Below, piece by piece: positions 11,643 to 23,254 of a DNA stretch of 64,000 nt. The notes beneath the pieces were generated by a model. The model was not told where the DNA came from and searched no databases. It saw only the letters and a program-made list of their open reading frames with translations. The stretch lies in the NCBI GenBank assembly GCA_963708075.1, contig OY970194.1:5184001-5248000 (forward strand). The letters are read 5' to 3'. A program made the position numbers and the translations under genes. Within the stretch, counting starts at the first letter, position 1. Each line of letters begins with the position of its first letter. The stretch is from Sedimentisphaerales bacterium. Its GTDB lineage: Bacteria; Planctomycetota; Phycisphaerae; Sedimentisphaerales; Anaerobacaceae.

Positions 11643-14600
11643 GTGCCGCGCATCTTCGACAACATCAAGAATAGTCTCTTGCCAGCACTCCAAGAGACGC
11701 TGGCCTTATCGGACCGCGCGGACTTCTGCGTGGGCTACTTCAACCTGCGGGGATGGAAGGCATTGGATTCGCATATCGAGCGATGGTCGGGTGCCGAAGG
11801 CCATTGTTGTCGGTTGCTCGTTGGCATGCAGACGACCCCGAATGACGAACTTCGCGAACTGTTTGGTCTCATAAAGGGCGATGACGGCATAGATCAGGCA
11901 ACAGCGTTACGCGAGAAGAAGAACCTTGTCGAGAAGTTCAAAGAACAATTGACAGTCGGGGCACCCACGAACGAGGATGAGGTAGGACTCCGGCGTCTCG
12001 CGAGCCAGATCAGAGCAAAGAAGGTCGTTGTCAAGCTATTCCTGCGTCACCCGCTCCACGCGAAACTCTATCTGCTGTTTCGGCCCGACCCAATCAACCC
12101 CACCATCGGCTACTTGGGAAGCAGTAACCTCACATTGGCCGGGCTCTGCCATCAGGGGGAGTTGAACATCGACGTACTCGATCACGACGCCTGCAACAAG
12201 CTGGCAAGATGGTTCGAGGAACGATGGAACGACCGTTGGTGCATCGACATTTCGACAGACCTTGTAGAGGTCATTGAGCGTAGCTGGGCGAGAGACGAAC
12301 TCATTCCGCCCTATCACATCTACGTGAAGATGGCTTATCACCTGTGCCGTGAAGCGAGGGAGGGCATATCAGATTTCCACCTGCCGCAGGAGTTGAAGAA
12401 CAAACTGTTCGCCTTTCAGGAAGCGGCGGTGAAGATCGCAGCGCATCACATCAATAAGCGAGGCGCGGTATTGATTGGGGATGTCGTTGGCCTTGGCAAG
12501 ACGCTCATGGCTACCGCTTTGGCGCGCATATTCGAGGATGACTACGACCTCGAAACGCTCATCATCTGTCCCAAGAACCTCCTGCCCATGTGGAACGACT
12601 ATCGGGAGCGCTATCATCTGCGGGGGAAGGTAGTCTCCTTGAGCCGTGTCATCCGGGAGTTGCCGGAAATGCGGCGATACCGCCTCTTGATCATCGACGA
12701 GAGTCATAATCTTCGCAACCGGGACGGAAGGCGTTACGGTGCCATCCGTGACTACATCAAGAAGAACGACTGTAAATGCATTCTGCTTTCGGCCACCCCA
12801 TACAACAAGACATATCTCGATTTGGCTAACCAGTTGCGTTTATTCCTGCCAGATGATCACGAGCTATCCATACGCCCGGAACGCCTCCTCAACGACATGG
12901 GTGAGACGGACTTCATTCGATGCCACCAGTGCTCCCCGCGGTCCCTGGGTGCATTTGAGAAGAGCGGATACGCGGATGACTGGCGTGAGCTCATGCGCTT
13001 ATTTCTGGTCCGACGGACGCGGAGTTTCATCATGGAGAACTACGCCAAGACCGATCCGTCCAACGGGCGCAAATATCTACCGCTTGAGGATGGACAGCCC
13101 TACTACTTCCCCGCGCGTGTCCCAAGGACAGCCGCATTCACTATCGATGAAAGGTGCAAGAACGATCAGTATGCAGAGCTTTACTCGCAGGACGTTGTGA
13201 ACAGAATCAACGACCTCTATCTGGCACGCTATGGGTTGGGGAACTACGTCTTGCCCTCCCATGAGATACCACCGACCCAGGATGAGGCCAGGGTTCTACA
13301 GAACCTCTCCCGCGCAGGGAAGCGTCTGATGGGTTTCTGTCGCACAAACCTCTTCAAGCGTTTGGAATCCAGTGGGCAGGCGTTCATCCAGTCGATTGAA
13401 CGCCACATCTTGCGTAACTTTGTCTACCTGCATGCCATACAAGCGCGGAAGCCTTTGCCCATTGGAACACAAGACGCTGACTTGCTCGATGCCCGCCTCT
13501 GGGACGAGGACACCGCCGGTGGGTTGCTTGAAGACGATGAGCAACGTGACCAGGGCACGGAGGATACCTCCGCCTTAAGAACGCAAGATGACTTCAGACG
13601 CCGCGCGGCCGAAATATACGAACAGTATGCGACGCGTGGCAAGAGGCGCTTTGACTGGCTTCGGCCCAACCTCTTTGACAAGGTCCTCGCTGACGATCTC
13701 CGGACTGACGCAGAATCGCTCATGAAGGTGCTTGAGAAGTGCGGCGAATGGGATGCCAGCTTGGACGCCAAACTGAACGCGCTATGCGCCTTGCTGCTTG
13801 AGAACCATCCTACGGACAAGGTCATCGTCTTTTCGCAATTTGCCGACACCGTACGTTGCCTCGAGAAGGAGCTCAGCGCGCGCGGGATAACCAACCTTGG
13901 CACAGCCACAGGCGACTCCACCGATCCGACCGACATCGCCTGGAGGTTCAGTCCGGACAGCAATGAGAAGCGTGACCGAATTGCGCCGGAAGATGAGCTT
14001 CGCGTCCTCATTGCGACTGATGTCCTAAGTGAAGGTCAGAACCTTCAAGACTGCGCTATCGTCGTAAACTACGACCTCCCTTGGGCTATCATCCGCCTGG
14101 TTCAGCGCATCGGGCGGGTTGACCGCATCGGCCAGCGTGCCGAGAAGATACTCTGCTATTCTTTCCTGCCGGCAGATGGTGTCGAACGCATCATTCACCT
14201 TCGTGCTCGCGTGCGCCAGCGGTTGCACGAAAACGCGGAAGTCGTTGGCACAGATGAGGCATTCTTTGAGGACGACCGTAACAACCAGACGTTATTCGAC
14301 CTCTACAACGAGAAATCGTCCGTCTTGGATGGGGACGCAGATAGCGAAGTCGATCTCGCATCATATGCCTACCAGATTTGGAGCAATGCCATCACGGCCG
14401 ATCCTAAGCTGGAGAAGATCATTCTCGAAATCCCGTCAGTCGTCTACTCCACAAAGTCGCACCAGCCTACCGCCACCACGCCGGAAGGTGTGCTTGTCTA
14501 CCTGCGCACGCCAGAGGACAACGACGCTCTGGTCTGGGTGGACAAGAATAGGCACGTGGTCACGGAATCTCAGAAGACCATCCTGGACTCCGCGAAATGC

Positions 14601-15020
14601 TCACCGGCTACGGCCGCTCTCCCACGACTCGAAAATCACCATGACCTTGTGCATCACGCCGTGGAGCAGGTTCTGAAAGAGGAGAAATCCGTCGGTGGTC
14701 AGCTTGGGCGACCTTCGGGTGCGCGCTTCCGTGCCTATGATCGCCTTAAGCAGTTCGCGGACGAAGTCAAGACTACGCTCTTTAACCGACAGGAACTGCA
14801 CCGCGCCATCGAAGAAATCTACCGCTACCCGCTTCAAGAGGCTGCCAAGGACGCCATCAACCGGTTGCTTCGGTCACACGCATCAAGCGAGGACCTAGCC
14901 CAAAAGGTTCTGTCTCTGCGTGACGCCGATGCCCTTTGCATCAAGGACGATGAAGTCCAATCGCACGAGCCGCGCATCATCTGTTCGATGGGATTGTCCA
15001 ACTTGCAGAGGGGGAAATAA
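11643..15020 (+). CDS. PLD (HxK) nuclease fused to SNF2-like helicase
   Basis: LHAKLY...GSSNLT; DVVGLGKT, DESH, SATP, SEGQNLQ, QRIGRVDR. Confidence 0.9.
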   Translation: MPRIFDNIKNSLLPALQETLALSDRADFCVGYFNLRGWKALDSHIERWSGAEGHCCRLLVGMQTTPNDELRELFGLIKGDDGIDQATALREKKNLVEKFKEQLTVGAPTNEDEVGLRRLASQIRAKKVVVKLFLRHPLHAKLYLLFRPDPINPTIGYLGSSNLTLAGLCHQGELNIDVLDHDACNKLARWFEERWNDRWCIDISTDLVEVIERSWARDELIPPYHIYVKMAYHLCREAREGISDFHLPQELKNKLFAFQEAAVKIAAHHINKRGAVLIGDVVGLGKTLMATALARIFEDDYDLETLIICPKNLLPMWNDYRERYHLRGKVVSLSRVIRELPEMRRYRLLIIDESHNLRNRDGRRYGAIRDYIKKNDCKCILLSATPYNKTYLDLANQLRLFLPDDHELSIRPERLLNDMGETDFIRCHQCSPRSLGAFEKSGYADDWRELMRLFLVRRTRSFIMENYAKTDPSNGRKYLPLEDGQPYYFPARVPRTAAFTIDERCKNDQYAELYSQDVVNRINDLYLARYGLGNYVLPSHEIPPTQDEARVLQNLSRAGKRLMGFCRTNLFKRLESSGQAFIQSIERHILRNFVYLHAIQARKPLPIGTQDADLLDARLWDEDTAGGLLEDDEQRDQGTEDTSALRTQDDFRRRAAEIYEQYATRGKRRFDWLRPNLFDKVLADDLRTDAESLMKVLEKCGEWDASLDAKLNALCALLLENHPTDKVIVFSQFADTVRCLEKELSARGITNLGTATGDSTDPTDIAWRFSPDSNEKRDRIAPEDELRVLIATDVLSEGQNLQDCAIVVNYDLPWAIIRLVQRIGRVDRIGQRAEKILCYSFLPADGVERIIHLRARVRQRLHENAEVVGTDEAFFEDDRNNQTLFDLYNEKSSVLDGDADSEVDLASYAYQIWSNAITADPKLEKIILEIPSVVYSTKSHQPTATTPEGVLVYLRTPEDNDALVWVDKNRHVVTESQKTILDSAKCSPATAALPRLENHHDLVHHAVEQVLKEEKSVGGQLGRPSGARFRAYDRLKQFADEVKTTLFNRQELHRAIEEIYRYPLQEAAKDAINRLLRSHASSEDLAQKVLSLRDADALCIKDDEVQSHEPRIICSMGLSNLQRGK

Positions 15021-15023
15021 CCG

Positions 15024-18000
15024 ATGCTACTCGATGTCGCAAAGATCAGAAAACGCCTTTCTGCCTTTGAATTTAAGCAACTCTTTGTCGAAGAGCTTGG
15101 CTGGGACCGGTACACAACTGATCTCACAGTGCCAGTCGACGGCCACACCCTCACACTCTCATCAGTCGCCGAGAAACGAGGGATGCCTGTCTTCGTCTGT
15201 GAGCCGGATAGCAACGGCGGGATTCCAGACGGGTCTACCCGTCGGAAGATCGAACGCCGGGTCACCAAGAGTGTCCACGAGCACCTAATCGTGTTCGTCG
15301 ACGGCAGGCACACCACACAGATTTGGCATTGGGTCCGTCGCGAGCGTGGCAAGCGCCTGGCGGCTCGTGAACATTGTTACCATACCGGGCAGTCAGGTGA
15401 GTCGCTCATCCAAAAGCTGGGAAACCTGGCCGTCAGTCTCAAAGAGGAAGAGCACGTCACATTGCCTGACGTGATGATCAAAGCAAAGGTGTTCGATGTC
15501 GAGCGTGCCACCAAGGCATTCTACGATCGATTCAAGGAGGAGCGTAAGAGATTCCTTGGATTCCTCACCGGTATCCCCGATAAAGAGATGCAGGCATGGT
15601 ACGTATGCATCATGCTCAACCGCCTTATGTTCATCTACTTTCTGCAGAAGAAGAGATTCCTTGATGACGACCCGCACTATCTCAGGAACAAGTTCGCCAA
15701 GTTTAGGGAGGGCCATCAGCGGGATCGCTTTTATCGGGATTTTCTCTGCCCCCTTTTCTTCGAGGGTTTTGCCAGATGGGAGGACGAACGATCACCGAGA
15801 GCACGCGACGTTCTTGGCAGAGTACCCTATCTGAACGGCGGCATCTTCCAGAAGCATCGAATAGAAAGGCTCCACGGACACACCATCAACATCCCAGACA
15901 AGCCATTCGAGAGCCTCTTTGAATTCTTTGATGCATTCCACTGGCATCTGGATGACCGTCATACAGCCAACGATAACGAGATCTGTCCTGATATCCTCGG
16001 GTACGTATTCGAGAAGTACATCAACCAAAAGGAGATGGGCGCCTATTATACGAAAGAGGATATCACAGAGTACATTTGCAGGAACACGATAATTCCATTT
16101 CTTCTTGGCGCTACTGAAAGAAATGCGGGAGGACGCATTTGAAGGTGAAATGTCTGTTTGTGCACTCCTTCAGGATGCCCCCGACCGATATATCGACAGC
16201 TCGATCAAGCATGGAACTAGCAACACATTGCCGCCAGTTATTGCGAATGGGCTTGATCCAGATAAGCCGAATGTCATTGAGCGGCGTAGGAACTGGAACG
16301 AGCGAGCGCCTAGTGAATACGCATTGGACGGCGAAACCTGGCGAGATGTTGTCGCGCGCCGACATCGCTACGCAGAAATGCGAGACAGACTCATTGCAGG
16401 CGAAATCCAATCAATTGATGACCTTGTCGCCTGCAATCTTGATATCTATCGATTTGCGATTGATGTCATTAAGACCTGCAAGAGCCCAGATCTCCTCTCG
16501 GCGCTCTGGGAGGCAATCGAGCAGATTTCCGTATTAGACCCGACATGTGGATCAGGTGCCTTCTTGTTCGCTGCACTCAAGGTCCTCGCGGGTTTGCAGG
16601 AAGCATCCCTCGATCGGATGGCTCGCTATCTTGATGAATGGCGTTTGGGTCGAAAGAAGAACTCGAGCGACTACTCCGATGTGTTTAGCCAGATACTGAA
16701 TCGAATGGGTGACCCGTCTAAACGAGACTTATCGATAGTTAAGTCAATCCTGACCCGTAACCTCTATGGCGTGGACATCTTGGATGAAGGCGTGGAGATC
16801 TGCCGGTTGAGACTATTCCTTGCGCTTGCCTCGCTATTGGAATTAGATCAGTCCAAACCAAATCTGGGCATAAAGCCATTGCCGGACTTGGACTTCAACA
16901 TCCGCACAGGGAACACGCTTGTTGGTTTCGCATCTCTCGATCAAGTAAGGAACAGCTTTGCGGGAAAGCTCCCCTTTCCAGAGGTGAGAAAGCATGTCGC
17001 ATTGATCGAGAAGCAAGCGGATGCCGCCGACCATACGCTCTCCAAGTTTCAGAAAATGCAGATGGACCAGCAAGTATCCAATCACGAAGCAATCATTGAG
17101 GCCAAAGACAGCTTGAAAACCTGTCTCAACGACCTCAGCAACGAATTGGACGAGTTCCTGGCTGGTGACTACGGCGTCAATATTGCCGACAGAAGCTGCT
17201 TTGAGAAGTGGCGAGGCTCCCACAAGCCCTTCCACTGGTTAAGTGAGTTCCACGGCATTATGAGGAAGGGCGGGTTTGATGTCGTCATAGGGAACCCCCC
17301 GTTTGTTGGGTACAGCGACGCGTCGAGCAGCTACAGAGTCCAAGGGTATAGCACACTTGATAGCCGTAATCTCTACGCCTATGTTGTGGAGCGAAGCATG
17401 GCTTTGCTCCAGCGAAACGGTGGAATCGGCATGACGGTGCCGGTTTCCCTCACGTTCAGCCGAGATTTCCCATCCCTTCGAAGACTCCTCCTTGAGCGTA
17501 AGGGTCTGCTCATGCTCTCCTCATATGACAACATCCCTGACCGCCTGTTTACCGGTGCAAAGGAGAGCGAGAACACCAGCAAGGCAAATCAGCAGCGAAT
17601 AACAATCTTCCTATCGATCCCGGCGCAGAGGGCGCACTTACGATGACCACACCGCTCCTGCGCTGGCGTTCAAGTGAGCGAGAGAGGCTCTTTGCAAAGC
17701 TGCCATATGTGGATGCAACTGCACTCTGTGGCACCGAATCGTTCCCCAAGCTCGGCTCGCGCAAATTGCGTGACTTCCTAATATTGTGGAAGGCTCTCCC
17801 CAAGAGACTTGTCCAGTACATGGACAAGCACGGCAAGCACCACTTGGTTGTGCCGCGAACAGCAGGTTATTACATCGCAGCGTACCCCGATGAAATGGCG
17901 CGAACGAAGCAGATGGTACTGCGATTCCCGTGTAGAGAGCATCGTGATCTGGCGTTTGTCTTGCTCAACAGTAACGTCTTCTTCTGGCTCTGGCGTGTCA

Positions 18001-18344
18001 TAGGTGACGGTTTTGACGTGACAACCAACCAGATTGAGCAGTGCCCGACCTTCGGGGCCCTGGATGAGGAATGTACTAAGATTGCGGCTGACTTGGAGGC
18101 TGCGCTTCCGGAATGCACAGTGTACAAAGGCTATCGCGGTGTCCAGGTTCCGAACGTCAATTTCAACAAACGCATGGACCTCCTGTGGCGCGCTGACGAG
18201 TGGATTATCAAGCACGTCGCGCCAAGTCTAAGCGTCACCCCGGAGGATTTCTTGTGGGCAAAGTCGAGTTCATTCCTGAAGCTATCTGTAGCTAAATCTG
18301 CTAATCTCCCACCTGGCTTTGACTTTGTGGCGGGGGAGAATTGA
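15024..18344 (+). CDS. Eco57I/type IIG-like N6-adenine DNA methyltransferase; probably one gene, frameshifted near 16120 and 17625
   Basis: YLNGGIF, LGYVFE, GAYYT in 15024-16142; LDPTCGSGAFL and GNPPF in 16105-17646; TRD-like tail in 17643-18344. Confidence 0.85.
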
Positions 18345-18360
18345 ACGAGGGAACTGCCAG

Positions 18361-18694
18361 TATCCGGTCCTCTTTCGGGGTGGATGGCCGGAAATGGGAG
18401 GGGGACGGAAGATCTGATTGCGGATTTGGGAGTGCGGAATGCCGAGGACGGAAGGGAGACGCGATAGGTGATCTGTGATAAGAAAGAGGGCGGCGGGACA
18501 ATGAGAATGCGGAATTGGGAATGCGGAGTGCGGAATGCCGGCCTTTGGCCGGTTGTCAGTTGAGAATCTTCGGCTGTATTTCTCTGTGTCCTCGGTGGCC
18601 TCTGTGGCCCAGTGAATTTACGATTTACGAATTACGATTTGCGATTGGGAAAGGAAGTTTGAAGTGTGAAGTAAGCGAGCGGCAGGGCCGGGTC
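18361..18694. repeat. Mosaic repeat array (GCGGAAT, TACGATT, GTTTGAA heptamers) with inverted junction motif
   Basis: Visible heptamer runs; TGAAGTAAGCGAGCGGCAGGGCCGGGTC is identical to 24678-24705. Confidence 0.75.
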
Positions 18695-18696
18695 GC

Positions 18697-18851
18697 TCCA
18701 ACTTCTCCGCGCACTGCTGACAGTGGAACGCCACGATATCGGTCAATCCCTCCTCGGCCAACTCCATGGCGTGCTCGGCCGCCCTGAAGTCGTGTTCCGC
18801 TTTCTCCGTCCAGCGGGCGACCTGCTGCATCAATTCAGGCGGCTCGCTCAT
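18697..18851 (-). pseudogene. HEPN toxin, 3'-truncated
   Basis: WTEKAEHDFRAA...AFHCQQCAEK, then runs into a repeat module; ATGA overlap region with the MNT gene. Confidence 0.8.
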
Positions 18852-19170
18852 ACAACACCTTTCCCTCCCTCACTGCCTCGCGGATGATTGTGCCTATGGT
18901 GTCGCGATACTTCTCCACCTCCTCCGGCGTGACTACGATAAGATCAATCGGAATCGGAATGCCTTCCAAGGCCAAGTCGATCTCCACGGCCTGTTGCCGT
19001 TTGGACCCGTCCACCGGCATAACGACCAGCAAATCGGCGTCGCTATCCGGCCCGCCCCGGCCCCGTGCCAGCGAGCCGAACAGGATGATCCGGTCCGGGT
19101 GAAACCGCGACACAATGCGGTCCACCGCCTCTTGAAGAGCCGACTCACTTGTCTCCGGTCGAATGGCCAT
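18835..19170 (-). CDS. Minimal nucleotidyltransferase (MNT) antitoxin
   Basis: IILFGSLARG...DSDADLLV...IDLIV...EGKVLYE. Confidence 0.9.
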   Translation of the reverse strand: MAIRPETSESALQEAVDRIVSRFHPDRIILFGSLARGRGGPDSDADLLVVMPVDGSKRQQAVEIDLALEGIPIPIDLIVVTPEEVEKYRDTIGTIIREAVREGKVLYERAA

Positions 19171-19273
19171 AGTACGCTCCTGACTGCAACAGACGATCCG
19201 ATGCTATTCTACGCCCTCCGCCCCTCCCAGGCAAGCGCCTCCGCGCCTCTCATTCCGCAATCCGCATTCGAAA

Positions 19274-19374
19274 CGTCCCGCCGCCCCCCCTTTTTCAAAT
19301 CAAACATCAAAAATCAAACATCAAACTTCACACTCCCTCCGCTCCCTCCTCTCCGAAAAACGACCGGACAGATT
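19274..19374. repeat. Junction module shared with 3203-3297
   Basis: CGTCCCGCCGC, CATCAAA heptamers, then CTCCGCTCCCTCCTCT.CG.AAA..GACCGGACAGATT. Confidence 0.85.
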
Positions 19375-19641
19375 AAGTTGCGCCGGGCCACCGTTCTCCT
19401 GGTGACCTCGGAACTGACTGGCCAATAACGCTGACCCTCAAGCAACGGCAGACGGCGGCTGTTCGAGATCGCCGAGTCCCTTCCGTCGTGAGATTGCGCG
19501 CTGTGTTGCAGACCGCCATGTATTATTTTGAAGATGGCGATGGGTCAAGTGTATAATCACACGCCGAAGACGTCACGAGAGCAGGCTTGTCACTAGCCGT
19601 TAGAAGGCGTAAATCGTTACTCCCAGAGGCGAGGTTACAGA

Positions 19642-21213
19642 ATGGCTACCATGAAGTGTGATCTGCAAGCGATGAATTGGCTGGCTCGCGTATTGGACCC
19701 AACGGCTTCATTTGCAAGGCTGGGAGACCCCAATCAGGAGGTTGACATTTTGCGAGGACTTGTAGAAAGATCCAGCGAGATGTCTCGACTGCGGCCTCTT
19801 GCCACAATCGCAGGAATTGGCGGAACGTCTGAATACATGGCCGGGCCCAAACCCACAGCTTCTACTGCAAACAAGATATCGTCTGCATCGGATTTCATGA
19901 CAGCGGTGCGAGATCGCTTGGCACAAAGATCATGGACTGCCCTCATAGTCCCTTCATACGATGAAGAGGCACTTGACTCCTTTCTCTGTTCGGAGGGTTT
20001 CAAAGCATCGCTTGTACGCCAGAGTGGGAACAAAAACGGGCTCATTCTCCAACCGCACTGTAAATCGGAAAGAGCTTTCGATCTGACTGACGTGTTCCCT
20101 AGTTTTCTAGCGGCACTTGGTGAAGCCACTAAGTGGCCTGGCTTGCTGGTGTGGACTCAGAGCAGTGAATCGGTCTTTCTGGCGCTACCTCAGGCAGGCG
20201 AAGAGATGATTCAAGCTTGCGCAACGTGGATAATAGCGCGGCTTGTGGCCATGTCTCCCGTCAACTTGAAGTCCCTCAAGGAGGATTATCTGAAGCAGTT
20301 TCCGGCGATTAAAAGACGCTACTCGCGCGTGTTACACCTGTTACAGATAAGCGATGTCCATCTTGGCTCAAGGATAGCTCGCCAACGACTACCGCGAGTA
20401 CAAGCTCTGATCGAAAAAGAAGTCGAACAGTTGAGACAGTCGGGTAGCGTGCGACCTATCATCACAGGTGATCTTCTAAACAGCCCAAACGATAGTAATG
20501 TGGATGATGCGGAGAGCTTTCTGTATTTCCTCCATAGTCTGAAACTAGACGACCCTGCGATCGTTCTGGGTAACCATGATGTTAGGAAAAGCGGTATCAT
20601 AGGTGAGGACTTCAAAGCAGCATTGAATCTACCCACCAGTCCAGTCGTCTGGATACCGGATTACATGGTAGGGCTGGTGTGTTTCAATTCAGTCATAAGG
20701 GGTAGGTTGGCTCGTGGATTCATAGGCGAAAAGCAGTTCATGAGACTGGGTACCTGCATTGAGAACCAGAAGGACTCAAGCGAGTATGCTCTCATAGGTC
20801 TTCTTCATCATCATCCAATGCCCGTGCGCAACCCTGGTTGGTTGAAGATCCCCTTTTATGCAAGATGGCTTGGGCGTTTCTTCGAGCGCACCGTCGAATT
20901 GAAGGATGCACGTCAGTTTCGCCAATTTGTGACAGAAAGATCGATGAGAGCTGTCTTGCACGGACACAAGCATGTTCCACGTGAGGGGTTGCTGTCAAAG
21001 GAGAGCGCTATCCCTGTGTTTGGTTGTGGGAGCTCCGTCGGAAAAATCAAGACCAGGGATGGTGGCCCGTACATCTCGATTAATGTGGTCACCATCGATC
21101 CCGCAGCCAACAAGCTGGTCGGTAGGCTTCTAATCGAGAAGTTCGCTGGTGCCGGGTTTGAAGAAGAACGCCACGAACGCATACTGCGCATGGATTTGGT
21201 CCGCCACAATTAA
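19642..21213 (+). CDS. Calcineurin-like metallophosphoesterase with unknown N-terminal domain
   Basis: SDVH, TGDL, GNHD, LHHHP and HGHKH motifs in the C-terminal half; lower GC than the flanking core genes. Confidence 0.85.
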   Translation: MATMKCDLQAMNWLARVLDPTASFARLGDPNQEVDILRGLVERSSEMSRLRPLATIAGIGGTSEYMAGPKPTASTANKISSASDFMTAVRDRLAQRSWTALIVPSYDEEALDSFLCSEGFKASLVRQSGNKNGLILQPHCKSERAFDLTDVFPSFLAALGEATKWPGLLVWTQSSESVFLALPQAGEEMIQACATWIIARLVAMSPVNLKSLKEDYLKQFPAIKRRYSRVLHLLQISDVHLGSRIARQRLPRVQALIEKEVEQLRQSGSVRPIITGDLLNSPNDSNVDDAESFLYFLHSLKLDDPAIVLGNHDVRKSGIIGEDFKAALNLPTSPVVWIPDYMVGLVCFNSVIRGRLARGFIGEKQFMRLGTCIENQKDSSEYALIGLLHHHPMPVRNPGWLKIPFYARWLGRFFERTVELKDARQFRQFVTERSMRAVLHGHKHVPREGLLSKESAIPVFGCGSSVGKIKTRDGGPYISINVVTIDPAANKLVGRLLIEKFAGAGFEEERHERILRMDLVRHN

Positions 21214-21301
21214 TTTCAACCATTCTCATGCCTCGCCAGAGAAGCCCCCTATTCTGTAACCGATTCGCACAGAAGTCATGGTCAAGAAGGTTTGGACTGG
21301 C

Positions 21302-22999
21302 TCACCACTCTGGACCAAAGGACACGGCATGGGGGGTTCTCTGGATAGAAATGTAACTAGTCAATGGCCAAGAATGAGGGGTCTGCCGCCGTCCCCAAAT
21401 GGCGACCCCAGGCAACCAGAGAAACTTGACGGCTTTGAAGTCTTTTCGTGAGCCCTCGTACTCAAAATCCACAGAGGTGACGACATCGCCGAGCTTTGCG
21501 CGGTTGCCACATACAAGGTCGGGTAGGCTTATCTCAGTGTTCCACACCAAGTGGGGTAAGGATCGCCTTATTCTCTGCAGCGTTTGGTCGTCAACGGTGT
21601 TTTCGTCCCTATCGTGGTGCGAACCCAAGTGAGCCATCAAGTCATTCGCACTTACCAAGAATGTGCGGCAGGCCAGTGTCTTTCGACCTTCGATCAACGC
21701 TCTCATCCACTTGTGTCGAGCAAGAGACGGCACGAAATTGTCGATAAGATCAAGGATGCCCTTGAGGACAGCAAAAGACACGTGTTCCGCATCCATGCCC
21801 CTAGTCCTGACTCCCTTGGGGACAAACGTAATCGCCATGCTTGGGTGAATGTTCGCGTTGACGGCGGGCAAAATAACATGATGAAGATCATCTGTGTTCA
21901 GGGTGCGGTACATCCCAAAGTTATCATCGTTGATCAGGAAGTGACATACCCATGCGGAGGTTGGAATATACTCTTTCGATGCAAGTTCCCGGTAGCTGAT
22001 TCCGGCTTCAGGTCCCCACCTATCAGTGTTGCGAGTATGGCCTAACACCGTCACAACGTGAAGCAACTGCTCGAGTTCTCCAAGTTGTGGACGTTGTATG
22101 CCTAGTATTGTCGGGCAGCAGGATTCAACATATGGATAGATCGATGCCGCAGCATCAACGTCAGGCTGCTTGACGAAATCCTCCTGCAAGACGCGCAGCC
22201 CCAATCGCTTTGCTACCGTGACAATCTGTTCCACCGTCAGACCTCGGGGTCGCTGGCCAGGCGGATCGACCGGAGAGCGACCAAGCCGTCGGGCTTGGGT
22301 CCGATGGTCGATGCCAAGAATCTCGTTAATTCGTTCGCTCGTTAGTTTCTTCCTCTGTCGCCCTGCTTTCCGTTTAGACAAATTGTTGACGGCCATTTGG
22401 GCGGCGGCGTGGGCGCATACACTGGTTAACGAATTCTGCTGTGCGAAATAGCATCCGGCGATGCGGAACTCTTCGTGACGATTCGGAGTGCCTATGATTG
22501 TGACAAACTCATTCCAGCAGTGGTAGTAGTAGTTCATCACCTTGTTTTCGCACAGGCTGCCGTTATCTGCGCATTTGTACTCTCCCGGGAACGTCACGAC
22601 AGCCTCGTAAATATAGGTCATGGGCGCGACGGCCGGGGAATGATGTCGAAGGAATGAGATGGTTATGAGAACAACATAGCCAAGTATACCCTTCTGAGCC
22701 TCTGGCGTATGCCAATCTCCCCTGGGTATATTTGCGAAGAAAGTAAGGCGTTTCGCCTTGCATGATGTGATTCCCCCAGAACGTCGTCCAATAGCGGAAA
22801 ACTCCGTGAGAAGCTCGTCGTTTGGGGCGAGTTCCTCCTCAACGAGCCATTTAGCTTTCATCTTTCGCATGAGCGTACATACTCTATGGAGGGGCATCCG
22901 GTTAGGCCCCTCGCACATGTTTCGGATGTACTCATAGAAAGATATTTGCGTGACATCGGTTGGGGGTGCTGGCAGGCGTACAGCGTAGACGTCGTTCAT
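21302..22999 (-). CDS. Hypothetical protein with papain/C39-like peptidase motifs
   Basis: QQNSLTSVCAHAA (Q...C), HVVTVLGH, NDDNFG. Confidence 0.65.
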   Translation of the reverse strand: MNDVYAVRLPAPPTDVTQISFYEYIRNMCEGPNRMPLHRVCTLMRKMKAKWLVEEELAPNDELLTEFSAIGRRSGGITSCKAKRLTFFANIPRGDWHTPEAQKGILGYVVLITISFLRHHSPAVAPMTYIYEAVVTFPGEYKCADNGSLCENKVMNYYYHCWNEFVTIIGTPNRHEEFRIAGCYFAQQNSLTSVCAHAAAQMAVNNLSKRKAGRQRKKLTSERINEILGIDHRTQARRLGRSPVDPPGQRPRGLTVEQIVTVAKRLGLRVLQEDFVKQPDVDAAASIYPYVESCCPTILGIQRPQLGELEQLLHVVTVLGHTRNTDRWGPEAGISYRELASKEYIPTSAWVCHFLINDDNFGMYRTLNTDDLHHVILPAVNANIHPSMAITFVPKGVRTRGMDAEHVSFAVLKGILDLIDNFVPSLARHKWMRALIEGRKTLACRTFLVSANDLMAHLGSHHDRDENTVDDQTLQRIRRSLPHLVWNTEISLPDLVCGNRAKLGDVVTSVDFEYEGSRKDFKAVKFLWLPGVAIWGRRQTPHSWPLTSYISIQRTPHAVSFGPEW

Positions 23000-23068
23000 G
23001 ATTCCTCTCCCCCCCCGGCCAATCTGAAGGTATTTTTTTCAGGATACAGGAAGCCGGTTCGCCGGTGG

Positions 23069-23254
23069 TCACCCCTTTAGGTACTCACCGATAACCCATT
23101 TAGTCCTATCCGACCTTCGGTGCCAATCGACGAGCTTGGAGAGGATCTGAAGCTGGGAAGCTGCGGCGTCGGTCGCTGCAATCTTCGACATTTTCAGATG
23201 AGCACGCGCCGCCTGACTAAGGCGGCTGACAGTTTTTCTCTGCTTCTTAGCCAT
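23069..23254 (-). CDS. Small basic hypothetical protein (61 aa)
   Basis: RBS GGAGAG before the ATG; co-oriented with and upstream of the peptidase-like gene. Confidence 0.5.
   Translation of the reverse strand: MAKKQRKTVSRLSQAARAHLKMSKIAATDAAASQLQILSKLVDWHRRSDRTKWVIGEYLKG

Noticed and set aside
19420..19610. Integron attC sites around the cargo genes
   Set aside because: Isolated TAAC/GTTAG words only, with no convincing paired R/L boxes and no integrase.
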